IMG/VR virus record: IMGVR_UViG_3300030330_005698
Location: 1 to 40,220 of that record
Length of the DNA stretch: 40,220 nt
Strand: one strand, 5' to 3'
Source of the DNA: a virus
Lineage: Duplodnaviria > Caudoviricetes
In this document: piece by piece, positions 19,010 to 28,843 of the stretch
Layout of the letters: every line of letters begins with the position of its first letter
Position numbering within the stretch: the stretch's first letter is position 1
Notes under the pieces: model-generated
The model's input: the letters and a program-made list of their open reading frames with translations, nothing else
Database searches by the model: none
Told to the model about the DNA's origin: nothing
Program-made: the position numbers and the translations under genes

Positions 19010-22000
19010 ATGCCCACAAATCTATCAGGCAGTAACATATCAGATACTTTTCAACAGGTCCTCCATACAACAGGTGATGGAAATATATATGATGGTACAG
19101 GTTCTATCTTTATACCTCTATCAGCAAGTCATGAAATAACAACAGAACTTTCCTCATCACATGCAGAAGTAGCAGATAGTCTAACACCTGGTATTGATAT
19201 TAATGTTCGCCATGTTACAGCATCTGGGGAGATAAGCTCCAGCGGCCTAGGAAGATTTGCAGGAACTTCAATAGAAGGCAGTTATGATTTTAGAGAGGAT
19301 GGTAGTAATATTGAAGGAATTTCTTTTACCAATAGTAAAATACAACTTTCCCAACCAACTCAAATAACATCAACACTTATAACTAATGGTTCTATAACAT
19401 CATCTGGTGATATAAGTGCAAGTGACGGAATATATGCAAAAAATTATTATATAAAAAATGGAGAAGTTATTTCAGCGGCTGCAGGTACAACATTTTTTGG
19501 AAGATTAGGTCAAAAGACAACAATTACTGGTTCAAGAATTTTACTACAGACTAATGTAACAGCCTCAGGCAATATAAGTGCAAGTGGAACCTTTATAGGT
19601 AATGAATTTAATTTTGGACGTGCTAATGATTTTATTCGAGAACTTAATGGTGGAATAGCTATTAAATCTGAAGAAGGCAGAATTTCACTAACAGGTAATG
19701 TAACGGCCTCAGGCAATATAAGTGCAAGTGGTACTATAATAGGAGGTGCATTACAAATTAATGGAACAGATACTTCAGAAGATGCAAACCATCATCTAAT
19801 GTTTCAAAAATCAGGAAATAGTTTAACCAATATAACAAATGGACTTGCATTTAACCCAAGTACAGATACATTAACATTAGCAGGTGGTGTGATGCTGCTA
19901 GCAGGTGAAACGGGTAAAATAACTACACAAGGAAGAATATCTACAACCTCACACATAACAGCATCAGGCAATATTAGTGCAAGTGGTACTGCACATGCTT
20001 TTGGTGGAACAATTACTGTTTCTAACGTATCTGCTACAACTGGCGTAACTGCAGGACAAACTTTAACTCAGAAATTTGGGTCTAATGAATTTGTATTGAT
20101 TGAGGATGGCCACATAACAGCATCTGGTGATATAAGTGCAAGTGGAACTGTAATTGCTAATAAAATAGAATCAGATAGTTTATTTAGCCATGTAGGAGAT
20201 GCAAATACTGGAATAGAATTAAGTTCTGATACTGTTAAAATTGAAGCTAACAATAATGTTGTAGCTAAATTTTCTACAGCTGGTATTGAATTAAATGATA
20301 CAATATTAACCGGCATAACAGCTTCAGCTGGTATAACATCAAGTGGTAGATTTGATGCAACATCAGTACATGTAGATTCCAACTATAGAATAAAGGATAG
20401 TGGAAATACATCAAGACACTTCATAGCAGGTCCACAGGCAGGTACAGTTTCTAATAATTCAGTTGCAATAGGTAATTCAAATTTTACAGATGGAATAGTA
20501 TTTGTTAGTAATGTAACGTCATCTGGCGATATAAGTGCAAGTGGTGAAATATATGCAAGCAAAATACATTTACCTGCTGGCGGTGATATTATATGGGCTG
20601 GTGATACAAATACAAGAATAGAAACATCAGGAAATCCTGAAGATTTAGATATATTAGTAGATAGAAATCTAAGATTACAACCAGATAATGGTATTACGAT
20701 ACATGAAGGAAGTACTCAATATGCAAAATTTGATGGAGGCCAAAGATCTTTTGAAATAGAAGGTGATATAACAGCATCAGGTCAAATAAGTTCAAGTGAT
20801 AAAATAACAGCTGCTCAATTTGACGCAAGAACATCAGGAACAGGATATAAATTATCAGGTGCAAAAGCATTATATACGCATGACAGTTCAACAGTAGTAG
20901 GAAGAACTGGAAGATTGACAGTAACTGGTTCTAGCATAAGATTTGGATTGCCAAGTTCAAACATCACAGTGTCTGCATCAGGTGATATAAGTTCAAGTGC
21001 CAATTTATTTATAGGTGGTGGAGAAATATATTTAGGAAGTAATTCTAGATTTGTAGAAACGTCAACTGGGAATGCTGCAATACAAGCTGCAAATGGAGGT
21101 GCATTAAGTAGTTTTCAAATAAAATCTGATGCAGTAACTGGTGCAGCTTGGCAGATTAATGGAAATGATTTCAAACTTGGAACTATAACTGGTTCAGGTC
21201 AAATTTCAATGAGTGGTACTGGAGACCACACTCTTGGTGGAAATCTAACAGTTCATGGTAGAATCAGGTCAGTTGGGTCTGATGTTACAATTGAAGATGG
21301 TAGTATTACAATAACAGGTAACATAAGTGGTAGTGCAACATCAACAGGTTCTTTTGCACATATTGTAACTGAAGGTGATACTCTTGAATTTAGAAGTGCC
21401 GGTAGTAAAATTGGTCAATTGAAGGTTGATGATAGTACAGGATTTTCATTTGATACATCAGATGGAACCGACCAGAAACCTGTAAGGCTTGGTGAATTGC
21501 AAGCTAAAACTACTCAAGTACAAGGTAATATAACAGCCTCAGGTAATATAAGTGCAAGTGAAGATGTTAGGGCATTTGAAGTATATGTTGGACCAGGTAG
21601 AATAAGATTTAACAACAATGTCACTGAGTTTGCAAATACAGGTATAAATGTAGCTGGTTCTATATCATCATCAGGCATTATAAGTGCAAGTGGAAATATA
21701 ACTGGAGATGCAATACTTAGTAGAGGTAAAAATGTTGCTTTTGTAAATAATGATACAGTTAATATTGGCTTTCAAAACGACGTTCCTATTTCATTTGGAA
21801 AAAGTGGCAACCCAGCATTTTTTCACGGTAAAATAACAGGCTCATTCATAAGTGCAAGTGGAGTAGTAGCTGCAAATCAATTATATCTTGATTCAAATGA
21901 CAATGGTATTGCATTTATAAGAAGTGGCTCAATTAACAATAATGATGGGTCAATTGGAACACTGCAAAGAGTAGGTATTAATATTCAACCAGGTTTCACA

Positions 22001-22564
22001 TCAGCCGTTTCAACAGGTTTAATGATAACGTCATCTATACATCCAGGTGAAAATCCAGATGGTAGGTCCGGTATACATACAAGAGTTTCAATAGGAACTC
22101 CTTTCACTTCAGGTTCAAGATTAAACTTTAGCGTTTCAGGTTCATCAATGATTGGTAAGCGTGATATGGATTACTTAAACCATACACAAGTAGGTATGTC
22201 TGCACAAGGTGATATTATTAGACATGTATCAAATGTACAAACAGTACCAGGAGCAATCTATACATTTTTAAGTAATGGAAATATTGCACTTGCAGACAAA
22301 GACAATGTAACTTCAACAGGTTCACTATTTATGGCTGTTGGTCCTGGTGGTTCACAAATGGATGGATTGTTAATGAGAGGTGTAATTAAAACACATACAA
22401 CATATGACCAACATTTTGGAGGTCCACTATGGTTAGGTGATAATGGCTCCGCATCAGTTGCACCACCAAGTGACTCTTCTGATATTGCAAGAATAATTGG
22501 ATATGTAATGAGTGGTTCAACAATCTACTTTAACCCAGACAATTCATTTGTTAAGAGGTCATAA
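19010..22564 (+). CDS. Fibre-like structural protein (1184 aa) with ITASGNISASG repeats
   Basis: About 13 copies of [IV]T[AS]SG[NDEQ]IS[AS]SG. The C-terminal GGPLWLGDNG...APPSDSSDIARIIGYV resembles capsid cement/decoration-type domains. Confidence 0.7.
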   Translation: MPTNLSGSNISDTFQQVLHTTGDGNIYDGTGSIFIPLSASHEITTELSSSHAEVADSLTPGIDINVRHVTASGEISSSGLGRFAGTSIEGSYDFREDGSNIEGISFTNSKIQLSQPTQITSTLITNGSITSSGDISASDGIYAKNYYIKNGEVISAAAGTTFFGRLGQKTTITGSRILLQTNVTASGNISASGTFIGNEFNFGRANDFIRELNGGIAIKSEEGRISLTGNVTASGNISASGTIIGGALQINGTDTSEDANHHLMFQKSGNSLTNITNGLAFNPSTDTLTLAGGVMLLAGETGKITTQGRISTTSHITASGNISASGTAHAFGGTITVSNVSATTGVTAGQTLTQKFGSNEFVLIEDGHITASGDISASGTVIANKIESDSLFSHVGDANTGIELSSDTVKIEANNNVVAKFSTAGIELNDTILTGITASAGITSSGRFDATSVHVDSNYRIKDSGNTSRHFIAGPQAGTVSNNSVAIGNSNFTDGIVFVSNVTSSGDISASGEIYASKIHLPAGGDIIWAGDTNTRIETSGNPEDLDILVDRNLRLQPDNGITIHEGSTQYAKFDGGQRSFEIEGDITASGQISSSDKITAAQFDARTSGTGYKLSGAKALYTHDSSTVVGRTGRLTVTGSSIRFGLPSSNITVSASGDISSSANLFIGGGEIYLGSNSRFVETSTGNAAIQAANGGALSSFQIKSDAVTGAAWQINGNDFKLGTITGSGQISMSGTGDHTLGGNLTVHGRIRSVGSDVTIEDGSITITGNISGSATSTGSFAHIVTEGDTLEFRSAGSKIGQLKVDDSTGFSFDTSDGTDQKPVRLGELQAKTTQVQGNITASGNISASEDVRAFEVYVGPGRIRFNNNVTEFANTGINVAGSISSSGIISASGNITGDAILSRGKNVAFVNNDTVNIGFQNDVPISFGKSGNPAFFHGKITGSFISASGVVAANQLYLDSNDNGIAFIRSGSINNNDGSIGTLQRVGINIQPGFTSAVSTGLMITSSIHPGENPDGRSGIHTRVSIGTPFTSGSRLNFSVSGSSMIGKRDMDYLNHTQVGMSAQGDIIRHVSNVQTVPGAIYTFLSNGNIALADKDNVTSTGSLFMAVGPGGSQMDGLLMRGVIKTHTTYDQHFGGPLWLGDNGSASVAPPSDSSDIARIIGYVMSGSTIYFNPDNSFVKRS
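19214..21862 (+). repeat. Dispersed 33-nt coding repeat (ITASGNISASG)
   Basis: For example aatgtaacagcctcaggcaatataagtgcaagtgg near 19553 and aatgtaacggcctcaggcaatataagtgcaagtgg near 19697. The core ataagtgcaagtg recurs many times. Confidence 0.85.
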
Positions 22565-22566
22565 TT

Positions 22567-23127
22567 ATGGGCTATCTTGAAACTTCACTCATATTTGAGT
22601 CTGATAAAATTTATTATTCTGATGGCACATCAACATTTGAAGTAATGATGGACTGGGAAGACTCATTGATGTCAGCATCAGCTGCATATGTTTGTGAAGG
22701 TGGAGGTGATATATTGGAAATAGGATTTGGTATGGGTATATCTGCTGGCTATATGCATTCACATTCAATATCATCTCACACTATAATTGAAAATCATCCT
22801 GACATAATTCCTAAAGCAATTGCATGGGCAAATGAGAAATCAAATGTTACTGTTGTAACTTCAAGTTGGTATGATATTAAAGATTCACTATCAACATATG
22901 ATGGCATATTTTATGATACTTATGGTGATCAAAACATGAATAACTTTAGTTCATCATTAGGTAGTTTAACAAAGGAAGGTACTCGTGTAACATGGTGGAA
23001 TAACAACAACTCTGCAACAAATTATTACAACATACCAAATGTAACATATCAGGAAATATCAGTTTCACCACAAACAAATGGTTATTTTAATCACACAACA
23101 TATTACTTGCCAAGGAGACAGTTCTAA
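22567..23127 (+). CDS. Class I SAM-dependent methyltransferase, GAMT/Rmt2-like
   Basis: VMMDWED, motif I GGDILEIGFGMGISA, HTIIENHP and YDGIFYDTY match the pattern of guanidinoacetate / Rmt2 arginine methyltransferases. Confidence 0.85.
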   Translation: MGYLETSLIFESDKIYYSDGTSTFEVMMDWEDSLMSASAAYVCEGGGDILEIGFGMGISAGYMHSHSISSHTIIENHPDIIPKAIAWANEKSNVTVVTSSWYDIKDSLSTYDGIFYDTYGDQNMNNFSSSLGSLTKEGTRVTWWNNNNSATNYYNIPNVTYQEISVSPQTNGYFNHTTYYLPRRQF

Positions 23128-23864
23128 TGGCAGTGTTAGAAGCAAGTACATTTAATCGAGTATCCGTAACACTAGCAGATGGTACAAGCTTTGGTGGCGT
23201 AAGAGGTTCAACTACAGGAACCAGTAAGGGTTCTATTACAACATCTTTTTCTCAAGCTGTAATGATAATCAAAGATGCAGGTAGAGGTGCTGGAACATTT
23301 AGGGTCAGGCGTGGATTTTTGAAATTTGATACATCAGGTATAACGGGCACCGTATCATCAGCAACACTTTCACTAACAGTAGCAGCATCTTCTCCAGACT
23401 TACCAAAAATGTCAGTTGTTAGAGGAACAGCTGATGGTTCTGACCTTGCTGATTTTGATGCTATCACTGGATTTAATAATAGTGCAACTATGGCTGGAAA
23501 CGTAACAGATTTAGTAGGTGATAGTACAACAAATGTAACTAACTTTTCTGGTGTTGCACTAAATGCTACAGTTACAATGACATTAAATTCAACGGCACGT
23601 GGACTTATGTCATCTGAAAATGCACTTATAATGGTATTAGTTTCACATGAATTTGATTACAAGAATATAGAACCATCATCAAACGGATTTTTTGAGGTAG
23701 GACTTTATGGACCTAGTGTTGGTACCACATCATTTCGACCTCATATTGATTATATAGAGGTTGCTGCTGGATATAGTCATGCTGTAAATGGTATTGCGTC
23801 TAGTAATATTGGTGAAATAAATACAATAGCAACTGCAAATGTTGATTTATTCAATGGTGTATAA
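23127..23864 (+). CDS. Putative virion protein with DNRLRE/CBM96-like beta domain
   Basis: RRGFLKFDTSGITGTVSSATLSL is typical of DNRLRE-type domains. TAATG coupling to the methyltransferase gene. Confidence 0.55.
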   Translation: MAVLEASTFNRVSVTLADGTSFGGVRGSTTGTSKGSITTSFSQAVMIIKDAGRGAGTFRVRRGFLKFDTSGITGTVSSATLSLTVAASSPDLPKMSVVRGTADGSDLADFDAITGFNNSATMAGNVTDLVGDSTTNVTNFSGVALNATVTMTLNSTARGLMSSENALIMVLVSHEFDYKNIEPSSNGFFEVGLYGPSVGTTSFRPHIDYIEVAAGYSHAVNGIASSNIGEINTIATANVDLFNGV

Positions 23865-23872
23865 TATTTATA
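23864..23872 (+). promoter_or_regulatory. Putative late promoter motif ATATTTATA
   Basis: Overlaps the preceding stop codon; 27 nt upstream of the ATG at 23900. Confidence 0.5.
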
Positions 23873-23899
23873 TTAATAAAGTAGATTAAGGAACACAAT

Positions 23900-26329
23900 A
23901 TGCAATTAGGAAACTGGCTAGCCGAGCAAATACTTTTGGAACAATCCAAAATAACAAAGGTTGTTGCAATTTATCCAGGTAGATTTCAACCAATGGGTAA
24001 ACACCACGCACAAACATATCGTTCACTAAAATCAAAGTTTGATACTGTATTTGTTGCAACTAGTGGAAAGGTTAGTCTTCCAAAGTCACCATTTTCTTTT
24101 TCAGAAAAAAAGAAGATAATAAATTCACATGGAATATCTAATGTAAAGCAAGTTAAAAATCCATACCAAGCTAAAGAAATATTGAGTAAGTATGACCCAC
24201 AAACAACAGCTGCTGTTTTTATCGTTGGTAAGAAAGATGCAAGTAGATTGGGTGGTAAATTTTTTAGGCCTTGGAAGGGTAAAGCTGAGGTCGGATATAA
24301 TGATGGCGCATATACATATATAGCACCACATGTGTCCCTAAGTGTTCCAGGCTATGGAGAAATGAGTGGTACTGCAATACGTAAGGCTCTAGGCGATACT
24401 TCTTTAGAAAAGAAAGATAAGATAAAATTATTTAAGGGAATATTTGGACATACAAAAAATTATGACTTAATTGTAAATAAGTTAGAAAAACTAAATGAAA
24501 TTGTTGAAAGTTTTATTGGTAGTTTTAATATTAATAAACTTATTAGTGAAGCATCTTTTACACCAAATAATAATTTAGATGTAGATGATGGTCCAAGATA
24601 TTTTTATGGCTATCAAAAAGCATATAGAGAATCTACAGCAGATATTGCAAAAAGCTTAGGAATGAGTGTACTAAATTATCTTGTTGGTGAAGAAGAATTT
24701 TTTCAACATGATACATTATATCCTAAAGGTCCAACTGGGGCAGTTTCATATTTTCCAACAGGCGTTCCAGGACAACAAACCGGTACAAATGTATACAAGG
24801 ACTCTGTTGGAAAGGCAGCATACAAAAAATATATTAAGCATATCACAAATGTTGCACAACAAGTTGGATTCAAATTTATAGACTTTATATCTTTACAAAA
24901 ATTTATTGATGATAGTCCAGATGAACCAAAAGTTGTAACAAAATTTGATTTAACAGAAAATGTAAATTTACCAATAGAGGTTGGTGATACTGTTATGATG
25001 GGAAAGTTCAAAAACAAAAAAGTTGTTGTTAAAGACATATCCTGGAATGACAAAGGAGATTTACTAATTAATGGAAGACCAGCATTAAAAATTAGAATAC
25101 CAAAAAAATCAAATATATTTAACGAGGGTTTAATATTGGAAGGTGGTGCTTACGGCCACATGTCACATCCATTTGATGACAAAGGTTTAACATTTGGTGA
25201 TTTCAAAAAAATAATAGAATTAGGTTTACAGGGAAACATTGATTTAGAACAATCTGCAACTGAAAAAACTGATGGTCAAAATTTATTTATATCCTGGACA
25301 AATAAATTAGTAGCTGCAAGAAATACTGGTGATATTAAAAGTGGTGGAAAAGATTCACGTGCAATTGCAAAAAAGTTTGCTGGCAGAGGAAATATTGAAA
25401 AGGCATTTAATTATGCAATGCGAGATTTGTCAAAAGCTATAGGTTCTTTAAGTGATAAACAAAAAAAGAAAATATTTGACAATGGAAACAACTGGGTAAA
25501 TATGGAAATAATGTACCCGGCTTCTGCAAACGTAATTAATTATGATGCACCATATTTACAATTTCATAATGTATTAAAATATAAAAATGGAAGTGCAATT
25601 GGAGCAGTCCATGATGGTGCAAGAATATTGGCTGGAATGGTTAAGCAAGTAAATCAAAATGTACAAAAAAGTTTTAGTGTTATTGGTCCTAAAATATTAA
25701 AGGTTAAACCTCATCAAGATTTTGGTGCAAAAAAATCATACTTTACTGGAAAGCTTAATAAGTTAATGTCAAAATATAATATGTCAAACAGTAATACGTT
25801 TGGTGAATATCATCAAGCCTGGTGGGAAGATTATGTTGAAAAGAATTTAGGTGCAGTTGACAACACAATAAAAACAGGCTTAGTTAAACGCTGGGCATTT
25901 TTTGATAAGTCATTTAGATTAAATTCAAAAACAATTCCAGATAAATCTGTTTTGGAAAAAGCAATTGAAATAGATAAACAAAAACATATAAACCAAGTAA
26001 AGAAAAATATGTTTCCATTTGAAACTTTATTTTTTGAGTTAGGTGCAGAGGTTCTAAAAAATGTTGAAGGATTTTTGGCAGCAAATCCAGAAAAGGCTGT
26101 ACAAAATATAAGAAGGCAAGTTGCTAAAGCAATAGGTGATGTTAGAAGAGGTGGTGACCTTAAAAAATTAAATAGATTGACCCAGCAACTTGAAAAGATA
26201 AAATCTATTGGTGGATTCAAAACAATCATACCAAGTGAAGGTTTAGTTTTTATTTATAAAGGAAAAACATATAAGTTGACTGGAAGCTTTGGTCCTGTAA
26301 ATCAAATCACTGGATTGATGAGCTTTTAG
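23900..26329 (+). CDS. Multidomain protein: N-terminal HxGH-superfamily (cytidylyl/adenylyl) nucleotidyltransferase-like domain + C-terminal ATP-dependent ligase-like domain
   Basis: N-terminal VAIYPGRFQPMGKHH, SPFSFSEK, VGKKD..R and MSGTAIR. C-terminal EGGAYGHMSHP, TEKTDGQNL (KxDG, motif I), EGLVF (motif IV) and YKLTG (motif V). Confidence 0.7.
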   Translation: MQLGNWLAEQILLEQSKITKVVAIYPGRFQPMGKHHAQTYRSLKSKFDTVFVATSGKVSLPKSPFSFSEKKKIINSHGISNVKQVKNPYQAKEILSKYDPQTTAAVFIVGKKDASRLGGKFFRPWKGKAEVGYNDGAYTYIAPHVSLSVPGYGEMSGTAIRKALGDTSLEKKDKIKLFKGIFGHTKNYDLIVNKLEKLNEIVESFIGSFNINKLISEASFTPNNNLDVDDGPRYFYGYQKAYRESTADIAKSLGMSVLNYLVGEEEFFQHDTLYPKGPTGAVSYFPTGVPGQQTGTNVYKDSVGKAAYKKYIKHITNVAQQVGFKFIDFISLQKFIDDSPDEPKVVTKFDLTENVNLPIEVGDTVMMGKFKNKKVVVKDISWNDKGDLLINGRPALKIRIPKKSNIFNEGLILEGGAYGHMSHPFDDKGLTFGDFKKIIELGLQGNIDLEQSATEKTDGQNLFISWTNKLVAARNTGDIKSGGKDSRAIAKKFAGRGNIEKAFNYAMRDLSKAIGSLSDKQKKKIFDNGNNWVNMEIMYPASANVINYDAPYLQFHNVLKYKNGSAIGAVHDGARILAGMVKQVNQNVQKSFSVIGPKILKVKPHQDFGAKKSYFTGKLNKLMSKYNMSNSNTFGEYHQAWWEDYVEKNLGAVDNTIKTGLVKRWAFFDKSFRLNSKTIPDKSVLEKAIEIDKQKHINQVKKNMFPFETLFFELGAEVLKNVEGFLAANPEKAVQNIRRQVAKAIGDVRRGGDLKKLNRLTQQLEKIKSIGGFKTIIPSEGLVFIYKGKTYKLTGSFGPVNQITGLMSF

Positions 26330-26340
26330 TATTTAACATT

Positions 26341-26349
26341 ATATTTATA
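26341..26349 (+). promoter_or_regulatory. Putative late promoter motif ATATTTATA
   Basis: Intergenic, 29 nt upstream of the ATG at 26379. Confidence 0.5.
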
Positions 26350-26378
26350 GATATATTATTTAGGAAGATTAGGGCAAT

Positions 26379-26957
26379 ATGAAAAAGGCTATTAGTGAAA
26401 GTAAAGTGCAAAGAATGAGAAACCTAGTAATGGGTAATCATAATGCAAAAACTAAAGTACAGTCGGGTTATACAACAGCAACGGTTCAATATTCGGAAGG
26501 CGATATTTGGACTGAAGGTGGAAAGGAGTGGACAATAAAAAATGGTATAAAGCAAACCGTTAATAAATTAAATGGTATTCGTAAATTGTTGTTTATGCCG
26601 TTATTGTGTCCAAAGTGCGATAGCAGAATGAGAGGTGAAATTGATAAAGCATCTTGGAAAATAAATAAAAAGTGCCATACATGTGTTGAAAAAGAAGAGT
26701 CAAAAATAAAAATGAAAAACCTCACAGAGGAACGGGCATATGAAAAACATGTTGTTGGTAGATTAAAAAATGATGGTGAATATTGGCTAAAGGATATAAC
26801 TAGTGAATTTGAAGATTTTATATCTGCCGATGTAAAAAGCCAGTATGTAACTGAAGCTGGAACAATTGAAGATTGGTCGGGTGGAAAAAACAAAAAGCAA
26901 TTAAAAAAAGAATTCAATAAAAAGATAGATAAGGCAAAGAAAAATATTAGGAGTTAA
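26379..26957 (+). CDS. Hypothetical protein with CxxC...CxxC zinc ribbon
   Basis: CPKC...CHTC motifs and a EGDIWTEGGKEWTIKNGIKQ segment. Confidence 0.75.
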   Translation: MKKAISESKVQRMRNLVMGNHNAKTKVQSGYTTATVQYSEGDIWTEGGKEWTIKNGIKQTVNKLNGIRKLLFMPLLCPKCDSRMRGEIDKASWKINKKCHTCVEKEESKIKMKNLTEERAYEKHVVGRLKNDGEYWLKDITSEFEDFISADVKSQYVTEAGTIEDWSGGKNKKQLKKEFNKKIDKAKKNIRS

Positions 26958-26959
26958 CA

Positions 26960-27289
26960 ATGGCAACAGTAACATTAAACAATCCAACAGACACTGGTGA
27001 TTTAGTACATCGAGGTGGTTCAATTGCAAAGTATGATAAGGTAACAAAGGTAACGGGTGCAGCTGAATTTTATGCAACTGGTTCCAATGGTGATGTTGTT
27101 GCATTTTTGGCTCCATCAAGTGGTGCATTTGCTGCAACTGATTTTTTAACACCACAATGTGGAGGAGATAATTTTCCATTAGGTTTTGCACCAGCAGCAA
27201 CAGTAATTGAAATGGCAGTATCATATGTATCAGCATCAGGAACAGCTGAAGTATACTTATTTCACAAGGAACGTAGAGGAGCTCTATAA
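26960..27289 (+). CDS. Small hypothetical protein, probably virion-associated
   Basis: AGGAG RBS at 26949; Ala/Gly/Thr-rich with beta-type composition. Confidence 0.65.
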   Translation: MATVTLNNPTDTGDLVHRGGSIAKYDKVTKVTGAAEFYATGSNGDVVAFLAPSSGAFAATDFLTPQCGGDNFPLGFAPAATVIEMAVSYVSASGTAEVYLFHKERRGAL

Positions 27290-27543
27290 TGCCTAGATTG
27301 ACAAATGAACACCTTCATAGTGGAATAAAGCTAGTTAAACAGGAGGTTGAATTTATTAAAGAAAATCAGGCAAAAATGCAGTCTGATATAACAATGATTA
27401 AAAAGGTATTGCTAAACCCAGATGATGGAACAATATCACGTGTAAACAAAAACACCCAATTTAGAAAAAGCACACAGAAAGTATTATGGTCTATATGGAT
27501 TGCACTTATAGGTATAATTGCTAAATTAGCATTTTGGAATTAA
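27289..27543 (+). CDS. Small membrane protein (coiled coil + C-terminal TM helix)
   Basis: AGGAG at 27277 and TAATG coupling. Hydrophobic C-terminal segment VLWSIWIALIGIIAKLAFW. Confidence 0.7.
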   Translation: MPRLTNEHLHSGIKLVKQEVEFIKENQAKMQSDITMIKKVLLNPDDGTISRVNKNTQFRKSTQKVLWSIWIALIGIIAKLAFWN

Positions 27544-27547
27544 AATT

Positions 27548-28834
27548 ATGAAAAAGAAATTATTAAAGAAATTAATTAAAGAACAGGTAGCTTCATTATT
27601 AACAGAAAAATTTGCTTCTAAAAAAATTACAGATATATATCGTAAAATTACTGGTGGTAGATATGCATCTGATAAAAAATTCTGGGGTGCTTCATCAAAA
27701 GCATACGGCATTGAGTGGGACAAGGTAACCGATGACATGGTATCTGGACCAACACCTAGAATGACAAGAAAAGGCCTGGAATTTATTCTTGCATCTCAAG
27801 ACATGGATGTACGTGGTACTGGCCGATATGATTATCCTCGAAGTATAAAGAAAGGCCAACTGGTTAGTGCTGCATATAACGGTAAGGCAATATATTTTGG
27901 AAAGAGTGGTGTAACAACTGGTGCTGCATCAGCTGGAACATATCCTCAATACGTAGGACTTAATGTAATGGGATTCAAAAATTCAGACCAAATTATCAAA
28001 AAACTTAAAGGCAAGGTTGAGGTATATCAAATAGATATAGATAAAGCTCGTGGTGCAGGGGATAAACAAAAATCTAGGTCAGCCGCAAGAGCCGGTGCAA
28101 CTGCACTTATGGACTTTAGAGATATTGCAAGACAAAACCGAGCAAGATATGAACAGGCACTAACTGATAGATTGGCTAAATCAAGTCCAGTTGACCAAGC
28201 TTGGAAAATGTTAGAGGCAACTCAAAAAATGGTAAATGATGCATTAAAGAGAGACCTTGATATGCTGAAGAAGGGAAAGGCTAAAGATAGCTGGAGAAGT
28301 GCAAGTAGCATAATACAGAATGCATATGAGCGAATGACAAGGTCAATAACAAATATATTGAGTAGTGAAAATGCTGCTATTAAGGGTGCAGAAAAAGATA
28401 AAGCAAATAAGTTAAAGTCAGGTGATAAATCATCATGGAGTGAAGAGAAATATTATTTGGATAGAATTGTTGAAGAAGCCAGAAAAATTCAGAAAGAATT
28501 TAAAGAAATGAAAGCAGCAATATCTAGAATCAATAAAGATAGAGAATATGTTTCAATTGTTAGAGAGTTCAAAGTTTTTGGTACATTAAAAAAAGGTGCC
28601 CCAAAGAATTCACCAATGAAAGCTGAAAGAGACCCTGCACTAGATGAATCAAAAAAACAACTTAAAGAAGAATATATTGAAATTATGAAGGACCTTAATA
28701 AAGGTTTAGCTTTAGTTAAAGATTCATGGTTAGATTGGAAAAGAGGTCCTATGACAGAACCAAGTGACATAAAACCAGCACAAAAAGAGTTGATGTCATA
28801 CATGGCTGCTTGGATGAAAAAAAATATAAAATAG
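27548..28834 (+). CDS. Basic hypothetical protein, candidate internal head protein
   Basis: N-terminus MKKKLLKKLIKEQVASLLTE with I/L-x-E motifs; Lys-rich. Confidence 0.65.
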   Translation: MKKKLLKKLIKEQVASLLTEKFASKKITDIYRKITGGRYASDKKFWGASSKAYGIEWDKVTDDMVSGPTPRMTRKGLEFILASQDMDVRGTGRYDYPRSIKKGQLVSAAYNGKAIYFGKSGVTTGAASAGTYPQYVGLNVMGFKNSDQIIKKLKGKVEVYQIDIDKARGAGDKQKSRSAARAGATALMDFRDIARQNRARYEQALTDRLAKSSPVDQAWKMLEATQKMVNDALKRDLDMLKKGKAKDSWRSASSIIQNAYERMTRSITNILSSENAAIKGAEKDKANKLKSGDKSSWSEEKYYLDRIVEEARKIQKEFKEMKAAISRINKDREYVSIVREFKVFGTLKKGAPKNSPMKAERDPALDESKKQLKEEYIEIMKDLNKGLALVKDSWLDWKRGPMTEPSDIKPAQKELMSYMAAWMKKNIK

Positions 28835-28843
28835 GATATATTT

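Noticed and set aside
19214-21862. ataagtgcaagtg repeats as a possible CRISPR array
   Set aside because: Spacing is irregular, copies are degenerate at synonymous positions and all in frame within a CDS, and there are no cas genes.
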